From an uncultured delta proteobacterium (GTDB lineage: Bacteria; Desulfobacterota; Desulfobacteria; Desulfobacterales; JAFDCJ01), in assembly GCA_963769935.1 (NCBI GenBank), contig CAVYNY010000013.1, forward strand, positions 384,001-448,000: a stretch of DNA of 64,000 nucleotides, read 5' to 3'. The translations under genes and the position numbers were made by a program. Positions within the stretch are counted from its first letter, which is position 1. Each line of letters starts with the position of its first letter. Shown here piece by piece: positions 1-9,565 of this stretch. Under the pieces are notes generated by a model, which was not told where the DNA came from, did not search any database, and saw only the letters and a list, made by a program, of their open reading frames with translations.

Positions 1-75
1 TTTGCGCCAAGTGATTTGGGATCGAAATTCGGATTTAACTTTCGCAGGATATTTTGGGTCACCGGAAAAAAAGGG

Positions 76-107
76 CAGGATACCATTAAAACAGGATACC
101 ATTAAAA
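76..107. repeat. 16-bp tandem duplication (CAGGATACCATTAAAA x2)
   Basis: Exact copies at 76-91 and 92-107. Confidence 0.85.
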
Positions 108-131
108 TAAGATCAGGCTGCCGGAAGACGA

Positions 132-360
132 ATGACAGCCCGGGAGCTGAAAGAAGCCAAACAAATCCGGCTTAATCGAAGAATCAAGCTATGGCAGGAA
201 ATCAGCAAAGAGATCCAGGAGACGCTGCGTCGAATAAAAAACGGCAAATACGGCTGCTGTCGGGAAGACGGGAACTGGCGTCGGCCGACCCGCCTTAAGG
301 CTGTGCCGTATGCCGTTTTTTGCCTATCCCGACAGGCGAACGTTGCGATCCTGCGATATT
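132..360 (+). pseudogene. Degenerate DksA/TraR-family remnant
   Basis: TLRRIKNGKYGCCREDG...RLKAVPYAVFCLS resembles the DksA C-terminal zinc-finger region. The C4 pattern is broken and the DxxDxA coiled-coil tip is absent. The ORF runs on into the convergent gene; the end is approximate. Confidence 0.5.
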
Positions 361-654
361 CTATTCATCGTCGTCCAGATTGTAATTGGTCCGGTAGTCA
401 TTTTCATCATGCAGGACCTCATAGCCGGTTACCAGTATCCTGTTTTTGCCCTTCGGATCCCGGCTGACATATCCGGTGACCCGAACATCATTTTCAATTT
501 CTTTGCCAAGTTTCTCTACCCACTCGTTCGCTTCAACCACATACTCCTCATCTCCAGTGGAGATGGCAATTCCCTTGACCCAACCTTTATCTTCAATTTC
601 ATAGACAAAACCAATCAAGGTTTCTTCTTTTTCGGCTGTATTATTTATAAACAT
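361..654 (-). CDS. Small hypothetical beta-strand (OB-fold-like) protein, paralog A
   Basis: 97 aa with AGGAGG RBS. Aligns by eye with 18559-18837 and 31519-31758 (G-x-V-x2-[IL]-[AS]-I-x-T...EE..Y-x-[VI]-E...V-x-V-x-G). Confidence 0.8.
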   Translation of the reverse strand: MFINNTAEKEETLIGFVYEIEDKGWVKGIAISTGDEEYVVEANEWVEKLGKEIENDVRVTGYVSRDPKGKNRILVTGYEVLHDENDYRTNYNLDDDE

Positions 655-753
655 TTATTAATCCTCCTTGGGCGCAACCTTTACGTCTCGCAATTACTAC
701 AACTGAATCAAATTGCAGAAATTCTTCTCGATTCCGGAACCACGCTCCGCTAA

Positions 754-909
754 GGGTTCACGAAAAAATATGTTCACAATTCTAGGCGTTGCGGCGCCCG
801 TCTGGCAAAGCGCGAAAACGCGGGAATATCTGGATATTCCGAGCTTTCGCAACGCTGCCAGGCGGAATGCAGCGGCGGTTAAAATGTGAAGTTAATTTTG
901 AGTGAGCCC
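754..909. mobile_element. 156-bp MITE-like element, copy 1
   Basis: Imperfect terminal inverted repeats GGGTTCACGAAAAA / TTTTGAGTGAGCCC, flanked by TAA (751-753, 910-912). Central palindrome GGAATATC-TG-GATATTCC. Same-length copy at 21031-21186. Confidence 0.85.
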
Positions 910-985
910 TAAGCCCGGCATGACGCCGATAGTTGCCGGCTCGATGGTATCATCTTGGCGAGCGGCACGGACCATTAGTCTGGAT

Positions 986-1001
986 AGCAAAAAGCGTGCT
1001 A
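986..1001 (-). promoter_or_regulatory. Degenerate sigma54 -24/-12 promoter for paralog A
   Basis: Minus strand TAGCAC-GCTTT-TTGCT (AG in place of the invariant GG). IHF-like TTTCAA-N4-TTA at 1008-1020. Confidence 0.5.
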
Positions 1002-1053
1002 AATTTATAACCCTTTGAAATCAAAGCGATCATTGCGCAGGCCGATGAGGAAC

Positions 1054-1113
1054 CGGAACAGCCGATTCCGAAATACCGCCGGATTTTGCTCGAATCAGGA
1101 ACTGCTGATTCCG
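1054..1113. promoter_or_regulatory. Two putative activator (UAS) palindromes
   Basis: CGGAA-N7-TTCCG at 1054-1070 and AGGAA-N7-TTCCG at 1097-1113. Confidence 0.7.
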
Positions 1114-1297
1114 ATTGGATCAGGCTGAATTCGAAAAACTATATTAATTCTCGATCCTTACGAACTTTGCACTCTTTTTGCATATATAGGCCTTGAAATA
1201 TAAGTTAACTTTGCCTGAAAAATAGCTTAAAATATATATAGAGACGGCGATTAGAAGAGGGCTTCCAAGGCACCTGTCGACATGGAGATGTAAGATT

Positions 1298-2530
1298 TTG
1301 GATAAAAACGATCACCTAAGTTGTTCATTTTGCGGCAAAAATCAAAACGATGTCAAAAAATTAATTGCCGGACCGGCCGTGTATATCTGTAATGAGTGTA
1401 TTCTGCTGAGCGCAGAAATCCTGAATGAGGAACTGCAGGCGGAAGAAATTGCGACCCGGCGGATATTGACGCCGCGGGATATCAAGGCCCGGCTGGATGC
1501 CTATGTCATTGGACAGGATGCGGCCAAAAAAACGCTCTCGGTCGCCGTTTACAACCACTACAAACGTCTCGGTGTTCCCAGCATGACAGACGAGGTGGAG
1601 ATTCAGAAAAGCAATATCCTGCTCATCGGTTCGACCGGAACCGGCAAAACCCTGCTGGCCCAGACTCTGGCCCGCTTCCTCGATGTACCGTTTGCCATCG
1701 CCGACGCCACCACCCTTACCCAGGCCGGGTATGTGGGCGAAGACGCTGAAAACATTATCCTTTATCTGCTGCAGAATGCGGGCTACGACCTGGAGCGCAC
1801 CCAACGCGGGGTGGTCTACATCGACGAAATCGACAAGATTGCCAGAAAACCTGGATTTTCTTCGACAACCCGCGACGTATCGGGCGAAGGGGTCCAGCAG
1901 GCGCTGCTGAAGATTCTCGAGGGAACGCTCACCAGCGTACCGGTAAAGGGGGGGCGCAAACATCCCCAGCAGGATTTCGTCAAGGTTGACACCACCAACA
2001 TCCTTTTTATCTGCGGGGGAACCTTCACCGGGCTGGACCGAATTATTCAACGCCGTCTGGGTGCCAAAGTTATGGGGTTCGGCGCCAAAATCGCCCGGCA
2101 GCAGGAACGCGAATCCGGTGATATCTTGAGAATGGTCCAGCCTGAGGACCTGCTGGATTTCGGCCTGATTCCCGAATTTATCGGTCGCCTGCCGGTGTTA
2201 GCCGCCCTGCCGGATCTCAATCGGGAGTCCTTGGTGCGGATATTGCTGGAACCTAAAAATGCCATTGTCAAACAGCTGCAAAAACTCTTTGAAATGGAGG
2301 GGGTGCACCTCAGATTTACCGAAGAAGCGCTGAAGGCCACCGCCCAAGAGGCCATCGGTCGCAAGTCCGGCGCCAGAGGACTGCGGACCATTTTAGAGGA
2401 CTGTCTGCTGGATATCATGTATGAGCTTCCTTCCCTTGAAAATGTCAAGGAGTGTGTCATCGATGAAGATGTGGTTTTAAAAAAGGGCAAGCCCTTTTTA
2501 ATCTACGAATCGGTTAAACAACTTGCTTAG
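1298..2530 (+). CDS. clpX: ATP-dependent Clp protease ATP-binding subunit ClpX
   Basis: N-terminal CSFC...CNEC zinc domain, Walker [13 protein letters not shown] pore loop, Walker B YIDEIDK, GGRKHP, MGF loop, GARGLR. TTG start; no adjacent clpP. Confidence 0.96.
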   Translation: MDKNDHLSCSFCGKNQNDVKKLIAGPAVYICNECILLSAEILNEELQAEEIATRRILTPRDIKARLDAYVIGQDAAKKTLSVAVYNHYKRLGVPSMTDEVEIQKSNILLIGSTGTGKTLLAQTLARFLDVPFAIADATTLTQAGYVGEDAENIILYLLQNAGYDLERTQRGVVYIDEIDKIARKPGFSSTTRDVSGEGVQQALLKILEGTLTSVPVKGGRKHPQQDFVKVDTTNILFICGGTFTGLDRIIQRRLGAKVMGFGAKIARQQERESGDILRMVQPEDLLDFGLIPEFIGRLPVLAALPDLNRESLVRILLEPKNAIVKQLQKLFEMEGVHLRFTEEALKATAQEAIGRKSGARGLRTILEDCLLDIMYELPSLENVKECVIDEDVVLKKGKPFLIYESVKQLA

Positions 2531-2567
2531 GTGGAACATTTACAATCCCAATCGATAGGACCGCGTA

Positions 2568-3314
2568 ATGAAACGATTTGTCAAAGACATCGATCCATAT
2601 AGTACTATGGTTTTTGTTATATTTTGGCTGGCCTGCTGCGGGGCACTTCTTATTCCGGCATCGGCCCTCGGCGAAAATTCGGTTGCCGATGCAATCATTT
2701 CATTGGAAGTAGCCGATAAACCCTTGGGGGAAGTACTGGAAAACATCTCGGACGCCGCAGGCTGTCAATTCAATATCGATGCCAGCTGGGAAGATTATCC
2801 CATCACGGCATCTTTCAAAAATGAACCCTTGTACCGGGTTTTAAAAAGAATCTTTCGCGATCTCAACAATGCCGTCATTTACGGTTCGGATCGCAAAATA
2901 AAGATAATTATTTACGATGAAAGCGCGCCCGCCGGTAAGAAGACCGGCTATGCGATTGCCATCAAACCGGCCGAAACCGCCATGTCGCAAGCCCAGCCCG
3001 ACAGTGATGCAACTGCCCCCCAACCTGAAGTCCCGGCTGCTGAAGACAGCAGCAGTGCGGAAAATATCGAACAGCCCTCGGAAGAAAATGCCGGGTCGGT
3101 TTCGGAAGCAAATCAGGCCGGCACTGAAAACACGGAAGTCAATGAAGAATCCGGTGAGACGCAAGCCGAAGAGAAGACCCCGGCCGTTGAGACGGAACAG
3201 AATGACAACACCGCTGTTCAAAACAGCAGTCCAACCGAATCGACCGGGTCCGCTGCCGACAGCTCGGAGAGTACCGAAAAAAAAGAAAACAGTGAGGAAT
3301 CCAATCAAAATTAA
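2568..3314 (+). CDS. Exported protein with a secretin/TonB N-terminal (STN/N0)-like domain and long acidic disordered tail
   Basis: Hydrophobic signal-like segment, ISLEVADKPLGEVLENIS...ITASFKNEPL pattern, E/S/A/N-rich C-terminal half. Confidence 0.65.
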   Translation: MKRFVKDIDPYSTMVFVIFWLACCGALLIPASALGENSVADAIISLEVADKPLGEVLENISDAAGCQFNIDASWEDYPITASFKNEPLYRVLKRIFRDLNNAVIYGSDRKIKIIIYDESAPAGKKTGYAIAIKPAETAMSQAQPDSDATAPQPEVPAAEDSSSAENIEQPSEENAGSVSEANQAGTENTEVNEESGETQAEEKTPAVETEQNDNTAVQNSSPTESTGSAADSSESTEKKENSEESNQN

Positions 3315-3639
3315 ACCCGAATTGAATAAGCGGCCGGAAGACATGCGGCAGTCGCCGACATTTGTAACCGGGGCGCAAATTCAAGAAGTTCTTGCAACTT
3401 CTCAGCAGCTGAAAATACCGGCCTGCAGAAGTGAGAATTGATCCTGCCTGAATATCATGCCTGGCAACCCAAAAAATCATCATATGGCGACGATTTTTTA
3501 TTGACCCATCCAATGCTGTCGGGTTAGAGAATACCCGCCAATTGCCATATCGCCGGAAAAGTAGAATAAAATTTCGCCCGGCCGCTGTCCCGGTCCATCG
3601 CGGGAACCGGCCGCCGTGGACGAATCACCTTTCAGGCCC

Positions 3640-4851
3640 ATGAAACGACCCATCATCCGTTTTTATAATGTCTTCAAAAAATTCGATGCCAACCAGGTGC
3701 TGGCCGGCGTCAGTCTGAGAATTTTTCAAGGGGAAGTAGCCACCATTATGGGCAAAAGCGGCGTGGGCAAAAGTGTACTGCTCAAGCACATCATCGGCCT
3801 TTTGCAGCCGGATGCGGGTGAAATTCTCCTTTACGGGCAGCCCATGTCCAAGATGAAGGCGTCAAAAATCAACAAGCTGCGGGCCAAGTTCAGCTACGTT
3901 TTTCAGGATACGGCGCTTTTCGACTCCCTGACCGTCTACAACAACATTGCCCTGCCCCTGCTGGAAGGGACATCAATGGCAAAATCGGAAATCAGGGAAC
4001 GGGTGCAGCAAAAAATGCAGCAGTTCGAGCTGGAGGCGTTTCGTGACAAATTTCCCGCCCAGCTATCCGGCGGTATGAAACGGCGGGTCGCCCTGGCAAG
4101 AGCGCTGGTAACAGATCCTGAGGTGGTTTTGCTGGATGAGCCGACCGCCGGCCTTGACCCTGTACGCCGCAACGCGGTATATGCCATGATTGTGGACTTC
4201 CAGAAAAAATTCGGCTTTACCGCGGTCATGATCAGCCATGAAGTCCCGGATGTCTTTTTTTTCTCCCAACGAATCGTCATGCTGGATGAGGGTAAAATCC
4301 GGTTTGAGGGCTCCCCCGAGGAGCTTCAGCGCTGCTCCGACTCGGCGGTTCAGCTGTTCATCCAGGGCTTGGAAAAGCCGCGCGACGCCCTGACCGGCAT
4401 GGCTACGCCGGTGCAGGGGGAACGCAAATTCCATGAAGCGTTGGCGCACCTGCAGCGTCACCAGATTGTCTTCTCCGTGGTGATGCTCACCGTTGAAAAC
4501 CTGGCTGAAATTAACGAAAAAATCGGGCATGTGGGAGGCCAGACCATGCTCAAAAACTTTGCCGCTCAGATAAAGCAGCGTCTCGACCTCACCGATTCCT
4601 GCTCCCGCTACAGCATGGACAAGATACTCGTCGTGCTGCACAACGCCGGCATCGACGACGCCCGCCGGTTTGCAACCCGGCTGGCCCGGGAACTGAAAAC
4701 TGAGGATCTGATACACAGAAACGAGAATCCTGATCTGTCGGTTCGGATCAGCGCCGGCTACGCCCAGGCCGAAGAAGACAGCCTGATCAAAGCGGTGCTG
4801 GCAAATGCGGAATCAAAAGACAGCCTGTACTACGAATTTGAGTTGAAATAA
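3640..4851 (+). CDS. MlaF/Ttg2A-like ABC ATPase fused to a degenerate GGDEF domain
   Basis: GKSGVGKS, LSGGMKRRV, LLDEPT, SH motif. C-terminal INEKIGHVGGQTML...RYSMDKILVVL...ISAG. Alternative GTG start at 3616. Confidence 0.85.
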   Translation: MKRPIIRFYNVFKKFDANQVLAGVSLRIFQGEVATIMGKSGVGKSVLLKHIIGLLQPDAGEILLYGQPMSKMKASKINKLRAKFSYVFQDTALFDSLTVYNNIALPLLEGTSMAKSEIRERVQQKMQQFELEAFRDKFPAQLSGGMKRRVALARALVTDPEVVLLDEPTAGLDPVRRNAVYAMIVDFQKKFGFTAVMISHEVPDVFFFSQRIVMLDEGKIRFEGSPEELQRCSDSAVQLFIQGLEKPRDALTGMATPVQGERKFHEALAHLQRHQIVFSVVMLTVENLAEINEKIGHVGGQTMLKNFAAQIKQRLDLTDSCSRYSMDKILVVLHNAGIDDARRFATRLARELKTEDLIHRNENPDLSVRISAGYAQAEEDSLIKAVLANAESKDSLYYEFELK

Positions 4852-4866
4852 CACTCCTGATCGAAA

Positions 4867-7116
4867 TTAGAGTGACTTGCAGTAAATGACTTTGTTGTCG
4901 CCCGGAGCGTAGAATTCCGTTAGCACCGCATCCAGCCGGTAGCCGGCATTTTCATAAAAGGCGCGCGTGCTGGCATACTGCAGGCGCTGGGAGGTGTCCA
5001 CATAGATGCGGCTGCCGCCGGCATCCCGGATCAGGTGCTCGGTCTCCTGCAGCAGCCTTTGCCCCAGCCCTTTGCCCTGTATATCCGGATGCACCGCAAT
5101 CCAGTATAGATCGTAGCTGCCGACGGTACACGAAATCTGCCCGTAGCAGGCATAGCCCACCAGGCGGCCGTACTGTTCAGCCATCACGAAATTGTAACCG
5201 CTGGCCGCACCCCGTGCAAGGCGCTCCTGGGCTAGTTCCTCGGCCACATCGACCTCCTCCTGCGAAAAAAAGCCGGTAACCTCAACCAGATGACGAATGC
5301 GTCCGGGGTCTTCCGGCTGCAGTTCATGCCGCAGTTGAATGCCTTGCAGCCTTTCAGGCGAAACTTTGTGGCTTTCGGCCCAACGCTGGGCCGCAAAGGA
5401 CAGCCCTTTAAAGAAATGCAGGGCATTGGTTCCCAGACTGCGGGTCCGATAGCCCCCTTCCTGGACCACCAGCGTCGGCAGGCCCAAACCACCGATCAGG
5501 CGACCGTTGGCCTCGAAATCTTTGGCATTCAGGGACCAGGTACCGGTGGGATCCCCTTTGGCCGGATCCAACCCCAGCGCCACGACCAGGAAATCGGGTT
5601 TAAAATCCGCGATGCGGCGCAGGGCCTTTTCCAGTGCCTTGAGGTGGGCGGCCCCGTCGACGGCCTCCGGCAGCGGCAGGTTCAGGTTGAAGCCCTCCCC
5701 TTCTCCCTCCCCGCACTCCTCCTTGAAACCGCTGAAATAGGGATAGGCAAAGGTGGGATGGCCGTGAATCGAAACGGTCAGGACATCGCTGCGGCGGTAA
5801 AAAATATCCTGCTGCCCGTTGCCGTGGTGATAGTCGATATCCAAAATGGCTACCCGGCCGTACGCGGTCAGGTATTCGGCCGCGATGGCATTGTTGTTGA
5901 AATAACAAAAGCCGCCGAAGTTGCGCCGCTCGGCGTGGTGTCCCGGCGGGCGCACCAGCGCGTAGGTAATCCTGCGGCCTGCCAGCAGCTCGCGGGCGGC
6001 GGTCAGCGCGCAATCGACACCCCGGCGCGCCGCCGGAAAGGCATTGCGATGTATAGGGGTGAAGGTGTCGATACAGTAGTAGCCGGCGAGCACCGAGGGT
6101 TCGTGCGGCGGCCGCGTCTTGTTGCGGATGGGAAAAATGTACGGGTAAAGGGATTTTTTCTCGTCGACTTCCCGGCAGGCCCGCCGCAGATAGTTGACAA
6201 AATCGGCGTCATGGACGGCATAAAGGTGCTTGTCCGGAAATTTGCGCGGTTTGACTTCAACGAACAGCCCGTGGGGCATCAGGGCCGCAGTAATGCTGCG
6301 AATGCGAACCGGGGATTCCACGTAACCGCGATCATGCACATGATGGATGTCATGGCGGTCATTAATGACGACCACGATCTGCTCATCGGATTGCGACGTC
6401 ACGGTCGCGCGCACGGCTTCGGGCTTGACATAGCGAAAAGGACGCAGCTGAACCGGGTCGTCGCGAAAGGAACGGATAACTTTGGTCACGTATTCAGGCG
6501 GACAGTAGTCCGCGTATTTGCGCTCCAGCAAGGCGCGTACGGCTTTCCTGGCAAAACTGCAGCGCGGCGCTTTGATCCGGTCCAAACCGTCGTAAACCAG
6601 ATGCGGCATGCAGCGGTCACCAGGTTTGACCGGCAGTTCGTAGTTCGTGTTGATGATCGGTCGCGCGCCGTAGCGTTCGTAAAAGCGCAAACGCGCCCGG
6701 TTCTCCTTTAAAAGGGCTTCGTCCGGGCAGGCTTCGAATTCGTCGGGCAGGCATTCAAAAAACAGACCTTTGGCGTCCAGGGCCACCGCTTCGCGGCGCA
6801 CGCGGTCGTAGAGGGCCCCGCCGAAACCCCCGCCGGTTTTGCCCTTGACGGAGGCAATCCAGTCTAAAAAACAGAAGCCGATCTGCGGTTCGTGCAGCAG
6901 CATGGCAAACCCCAGCACGCGCCGGCGCAGGTTCTCGGCCACAAAAAGGATGCTGCGCAAGCGCTGTTTGAATGGATTGCGCAGCTTTTCACCGATCAGA
7001 TCAATTTCTTCGGCCGGCACTGCACTGAAGCGGCTCTGCAAAATGGCTTTAACCTGCCGCAAAATTTCGCGGTTGACCGGCACGATATCATCATAGATAC
7101 GACGTATTCGGAGCAT
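4867..7116 (-). CDS. GNAT / histone-deacetylase-family (acetylpolyamine amidohydrolase-like) / GNAT fusion
   Basis: Deacetylase motifs RPPGHHA, GFCYFNN, DIDYHHGNG, GLDPAKGDP, QEGGY. N-terminal GNAT-like region (GGGFGGALY...RFYERYG) and C-terminal GNAT (VHPDIQGKGLG...AFYENAGY). Confidence 0.9.
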   Translation of the reverse strand: MLRIRRIYDDIVPVNREILRQVKAILQSRFSAVPAEEIDLIGEKLRNPFKQRLRSILFVAENLRRRVLGFAMLLHEPQIGFCFLDWIASVKGKTGGGFGGALYDRVRREAVALDAKGLFFECLPDEFEACPDEALLKENRARLRFYERYGARPIINTNYELPVKPGDRCMPHLVYDGLDRIKAPRCSFARKAVRALLERKYADYCPPEYVTKVIRSFRDDPVQLRPFRYVKPEAVRATVTSQSDEQIVVVINDRHDIHHVHDRGYVESPVRIRSITAALMPHGLFVEVKPRKFPDKHLYAVHDADFVNYLRRACREVDEKKSLYPYIFPIRNKTRPPHEPSVLAGYYCIDTFTPIHRNAFPAARRGVDCALTAARELLAGRRITYALVRPPGHHAERRNFGGFCYFNNNAIAAEYLTAYGRVAILDIDYHHGNGQQDIFYRRSDVLTVSIHGHPTFAYPYFSGFKEECGEGEGEGFNLNLPLPEAVDGAAHLKALEKALRRIADFKPDFLVVALGLDPAKGDPTGTWSLNAKDFEANGRLIGGLGLPTLVVQEGGYRTRSLGTNALHFFKGLSFAAQRWAESHKVSPERLQGIQLRHELQPEDPGRIRHLVEVTGFFSQEEVDVAEELAQERLARGAASGYNFVMAEQYGRLVGYACYGQISCTVGSYDLYWIAVHPDIQGKGLGQRLLQETEHLIRDAGGSRIYVDTSQRLQYASTRAFYENAGYRLDAVLTEFYAPGDNKVIYCKSL

Positions 7117-7139
7117 CTTTACAAACTCTTTATCTCTGT

Positions 7140-7282
7140 CTCAACCCGGACAAGACGGTTGGACTGAAAGGGAAATCCCGATTCATCGGGGAACCATAAA
7201 GTGCACATTAATCACGAAAGCACGAAAGGACGAAAACACGAAATGTAGAGAAGATAAATTTCGTGTTTTCAAGATTTCGTGA
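7140..7282. repeat. CCGGCTTGTCCGGGTT(A/G)AG-type repeat plus inverted CACGAAA arrays
   Basis: 7140-7158 is the reverse complement of 54742-54760 with one mismatch. CACGAAA units at about 7213-7243 face TTTCGTG units at about 7259-7282. Confidence 0.7.
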
Positions 7283-7325
7283 TAATAATATTTTTCCATA
7301 AAATGCAAAGAAATCACAATTAAGA

Positions 7326-8378
7326 CTAATGCAGATCGGCCGACCGGATGCGGCGGTATTGCGGCTGCTCGATCCCGTCGGCAACAATCCGTTTTACCGC
7401 CAGGGTAAAATCGATCCCGGCCCGCGCCAGGGCGGCGGCAAAACCGGCGTCAGGGCTTAGACACGGATTGGCGTTGATTTCCAAAATCCAGGGCCGTCCC
7501 TGCCCATCGACCCGATAATCGACCCGGGCATAGCCTCGCAGTCCGAACAATTGCCAAGCTTGCAAGGCCAAGGCCTGCAGCTCGTCGAGCAGGGGGTTGT
7601 CTTCGGTACCGAAATCGAACCTGCGGGGCGTGCGCTGATAATCGTCGGAGTTCACGTCCCATTTGGCACGATAACCGACAATCCGCGGCTGGCCGGCGCC
7701 AAACCCTTCGAAGCTGATCTCGGCCGGCGGCAACACCTGCGGGCCCTTGGGACCGGCCAGGACGGACAAATTAAATTCCCGGCCTTCGACAAAGACCTCG
7801 GCAAAACAAACTCCGCCCAGCGAGGGGGCGCGCCTTTGCATCGTCTGCTCCAGGCTCTGATCGCAGGTGTCTTCGACGATATTGTCCGCCTCCAGACCCA
7901 CCGAGGCATGCTCCCATAAGGATTTGATGATCCAGTGCTGCCCGGAAGAAGCCTGCCGGCCGACAGGCCGTAAAGATGGCGCCGACGGCAAATCCTGTGG
8001 GCAGGGTCCGGTCCAGGCCGGGGTCGGCAACTGCGCGGCAACCATGCGCTCTTTGGCCATTACCTTGTGGGATGTCAACCAGATGGCTTCGGCAGGGGCG
8101 CCGGTGTACCGCAGCCCCATGGCATCCAGCAGTGATGGAACCAGATGAATCAGACATCCGTGTCCGGCCAGAGACTCCACCAGGTTGAACACGAGATCCG
8201 GCCGCTGGGCTTGCAACTGATCGCGCAGCTGTCCCAACTCCAACCCGGCGGGCAGCGAAAAAGTCTCGTGACCCAAAGCCCGCAAGGCCTTTCGGACGGC
8301 ATCCACCTGGACCAGCACGTCCTGCTCATCCGCCGGACCGTCGTCCGTCACGGCGTTGTAAACCACCGACACACGCAT
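7326..8378 (-). CDS. D-Ala-D-Ala ligase-like ATP-grasp protein 2
   Basis: VFNLVES, YTG, HASVG, EVFVEGREF, GYARVDYR, EINANP. Lacks the GGxSxE motif of true Ddl. Start set at MRVSVV, which has a GGGAG RBS. Confidence 0.88.
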   Translation of the reverse strand: MRVSVVYNAVTDDGPADEQDVLVQVDAVRKALRALGHETFSLPAGLELGQLRDQLQAQRPDLVFNLVESLAGHGCLIHLVPSLLDAMGLRYTGAPAEAIWLTSHKVMAKERMVAAQLPTPAWTGPCPQDLPSAPSLRPVGRQASSGQHWIIKSLWEHASVGLEADNIVEDTCDQSLEQTMQRRAPSLGGVCFAEVFVEGREFNLSVLAGPKGPQVLPPAEISFEGFGAGQPRIVGYRAKWDVNSDDYQRTPRRFDFGTEDNPLLDELQALALQAWQLFGLRGYARVDYRVDGQGRPWILEINANPCLSPDAGFAAALARAGIDFTLAVKRIVADGIEQPQYRRIRSADLH

Positions 8379-8477
8379 TGTTAGCTCCCACGCTTCTGCG
8401 GTCCGCACCATCATTCGCAGGACGAAAGATCAGATTAAGCCGACCTGGATACGCCGGGTCTGAACTAAAATTCGGAC

Positions 8478-9536
8478 CTATCTGCTTTCTCCCCCTGCAG
8501 CAGCCTGGCGCTGCGAGTCGATGATCTTTCCGGAAACTGCCTGCGACCGCGGCGAAGTCATCCGCCGGCGGGCGGAGGCCATGATTTTTTCGATCAGCAC
8601 CTGATAGGACATGCCGATCCGACTGCAGATGATCGGCAGATCCGAATGCTCCGGATGCAAACCGGCCAGGGGGTTGACTTCCACGAACTGGGGGTTGCCG
8701 CGAGCATCGCAGCGGATATCGATCCGGCCGGCGTCGCGGCAGCCCAGCACGCGCCAGGCCTGCAAAGCAATCGCCTCGGCTTCCCGCACCGTGGCATCCG
8801 CCGCGGCATCAACCAGCCGGTATTCCACCAGTTCTTCACAATTTTCTTTGTTCTCATACGAATAGACCTGGGGTTCGGCGGCCGACCGCAGATGGAGTTC
8901 AATCGAGCCTAAAACTGCGGAATCCATTCCCGTTCCGACCAGACCGACGGTGAACTCGCGCCCCGGCAGGAATTCTTCTACCAGGACCGGCTGCCGATAG
9001 GCGCCAATCAGCTCGGCGCAGCGGGGCAGCAACTCCTCGCGTTGCCGGATGACGGAGGCCGGCGTGACCCCTTTGCCCGTCCCCTCAGCTACCGGCTTTA
9101 CGAAAAATGGCGGATCGAAAGTCACTGGCTCTGCCTGACGGCCGTCTTCAACCACCAGAAAATCCGGGGTCGGCACGCCGGCGTCACGGATCACCCGTTT
9201 GGTAAGGCCCTTGTGCAGCGACAAACTCATGACCAGCGGATCGGAAAAGGTATACGGGATATCATAGGCTTCCAGTAGGGCGGGTACTTGGGCCTCGCGG
9301 CCGAATCCTCTCAAACCCTCGGCGATATTGAATACCATATCCCAGCGGTCCCCTGCAACCAGCCGCTGTGCGAGGCGCATGACATTGCCGATGCGCTCCG
9401 TCCGGTAGCCGAGATCCTGCAAGGTCTGCTCGATGGCTTCAATCGTATCCGGGCGGTCGAATTCGGCCGTCTCCGCCTCGTCGTAGCCCATCGCGCGATA
9501 ATCATCGCGCAAATCATAGGTAAGTCCAATCTTCAC
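8478..9536 (-). CDS. D-Ala-D-Ala ligase-like ATP-grasp protein 1
   Basis: VFNIAEG, FVKPVAEGTGKG, EEFLPGREFTV, RDAGRIDIR, EVNPLAG. GTG start at 9536 after AGGAG. Confidence 0.9.
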   Translation of the reverse strand: MKIGLTYDLRDDYRAMGYDEAETAEFDRPDTIEAIEQTLQDLGYRTERIGNVMRLAQRLVAGDRWDMVFNIAEGLRGFGREAQVPALLEAYDIPYTFSDPLVMSLSLHKGLTKRVIRDAGVPTPDFLVVEDGRQAEPVTFDPPFFVKPVAEGTGKGVTPASVIRQREELLPRCAELIGAYRQPVLVEEFLPGREFTVGLVGTGMDSAVLGSIELHLRSAAEPQVYSYENKENCEELVEYRLVDAAADATVREAEAIALQAWRVLGCRDAGRIDIRCDARGNPQFVEVNPLAGLHPEHSDLPIICSRIGMSYQVLIEKIMASARRRMTSPRSQAVSGKIIDSQRQAAAGGESR

Positions 9537-9565
9537 GACATTTCTCCTACTGCAAACCACGTCAT

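Noticed and set aside
5290..6711. 473-aa plus-strand ORF, and similar long antisense ORFs (9773-10594, 43285-44103, 60701-61513)
   Set aside because: They are antisense shadows of well-supported genes in GC-rich coding DNA and show no recognisable motifs.
7326..9536. Calling the two ATP-grasp genes ddl or van resistance ligases
   Set aside because: They lack the Ddl N-terminal substrate motif and have no cell-wall or van gene context.
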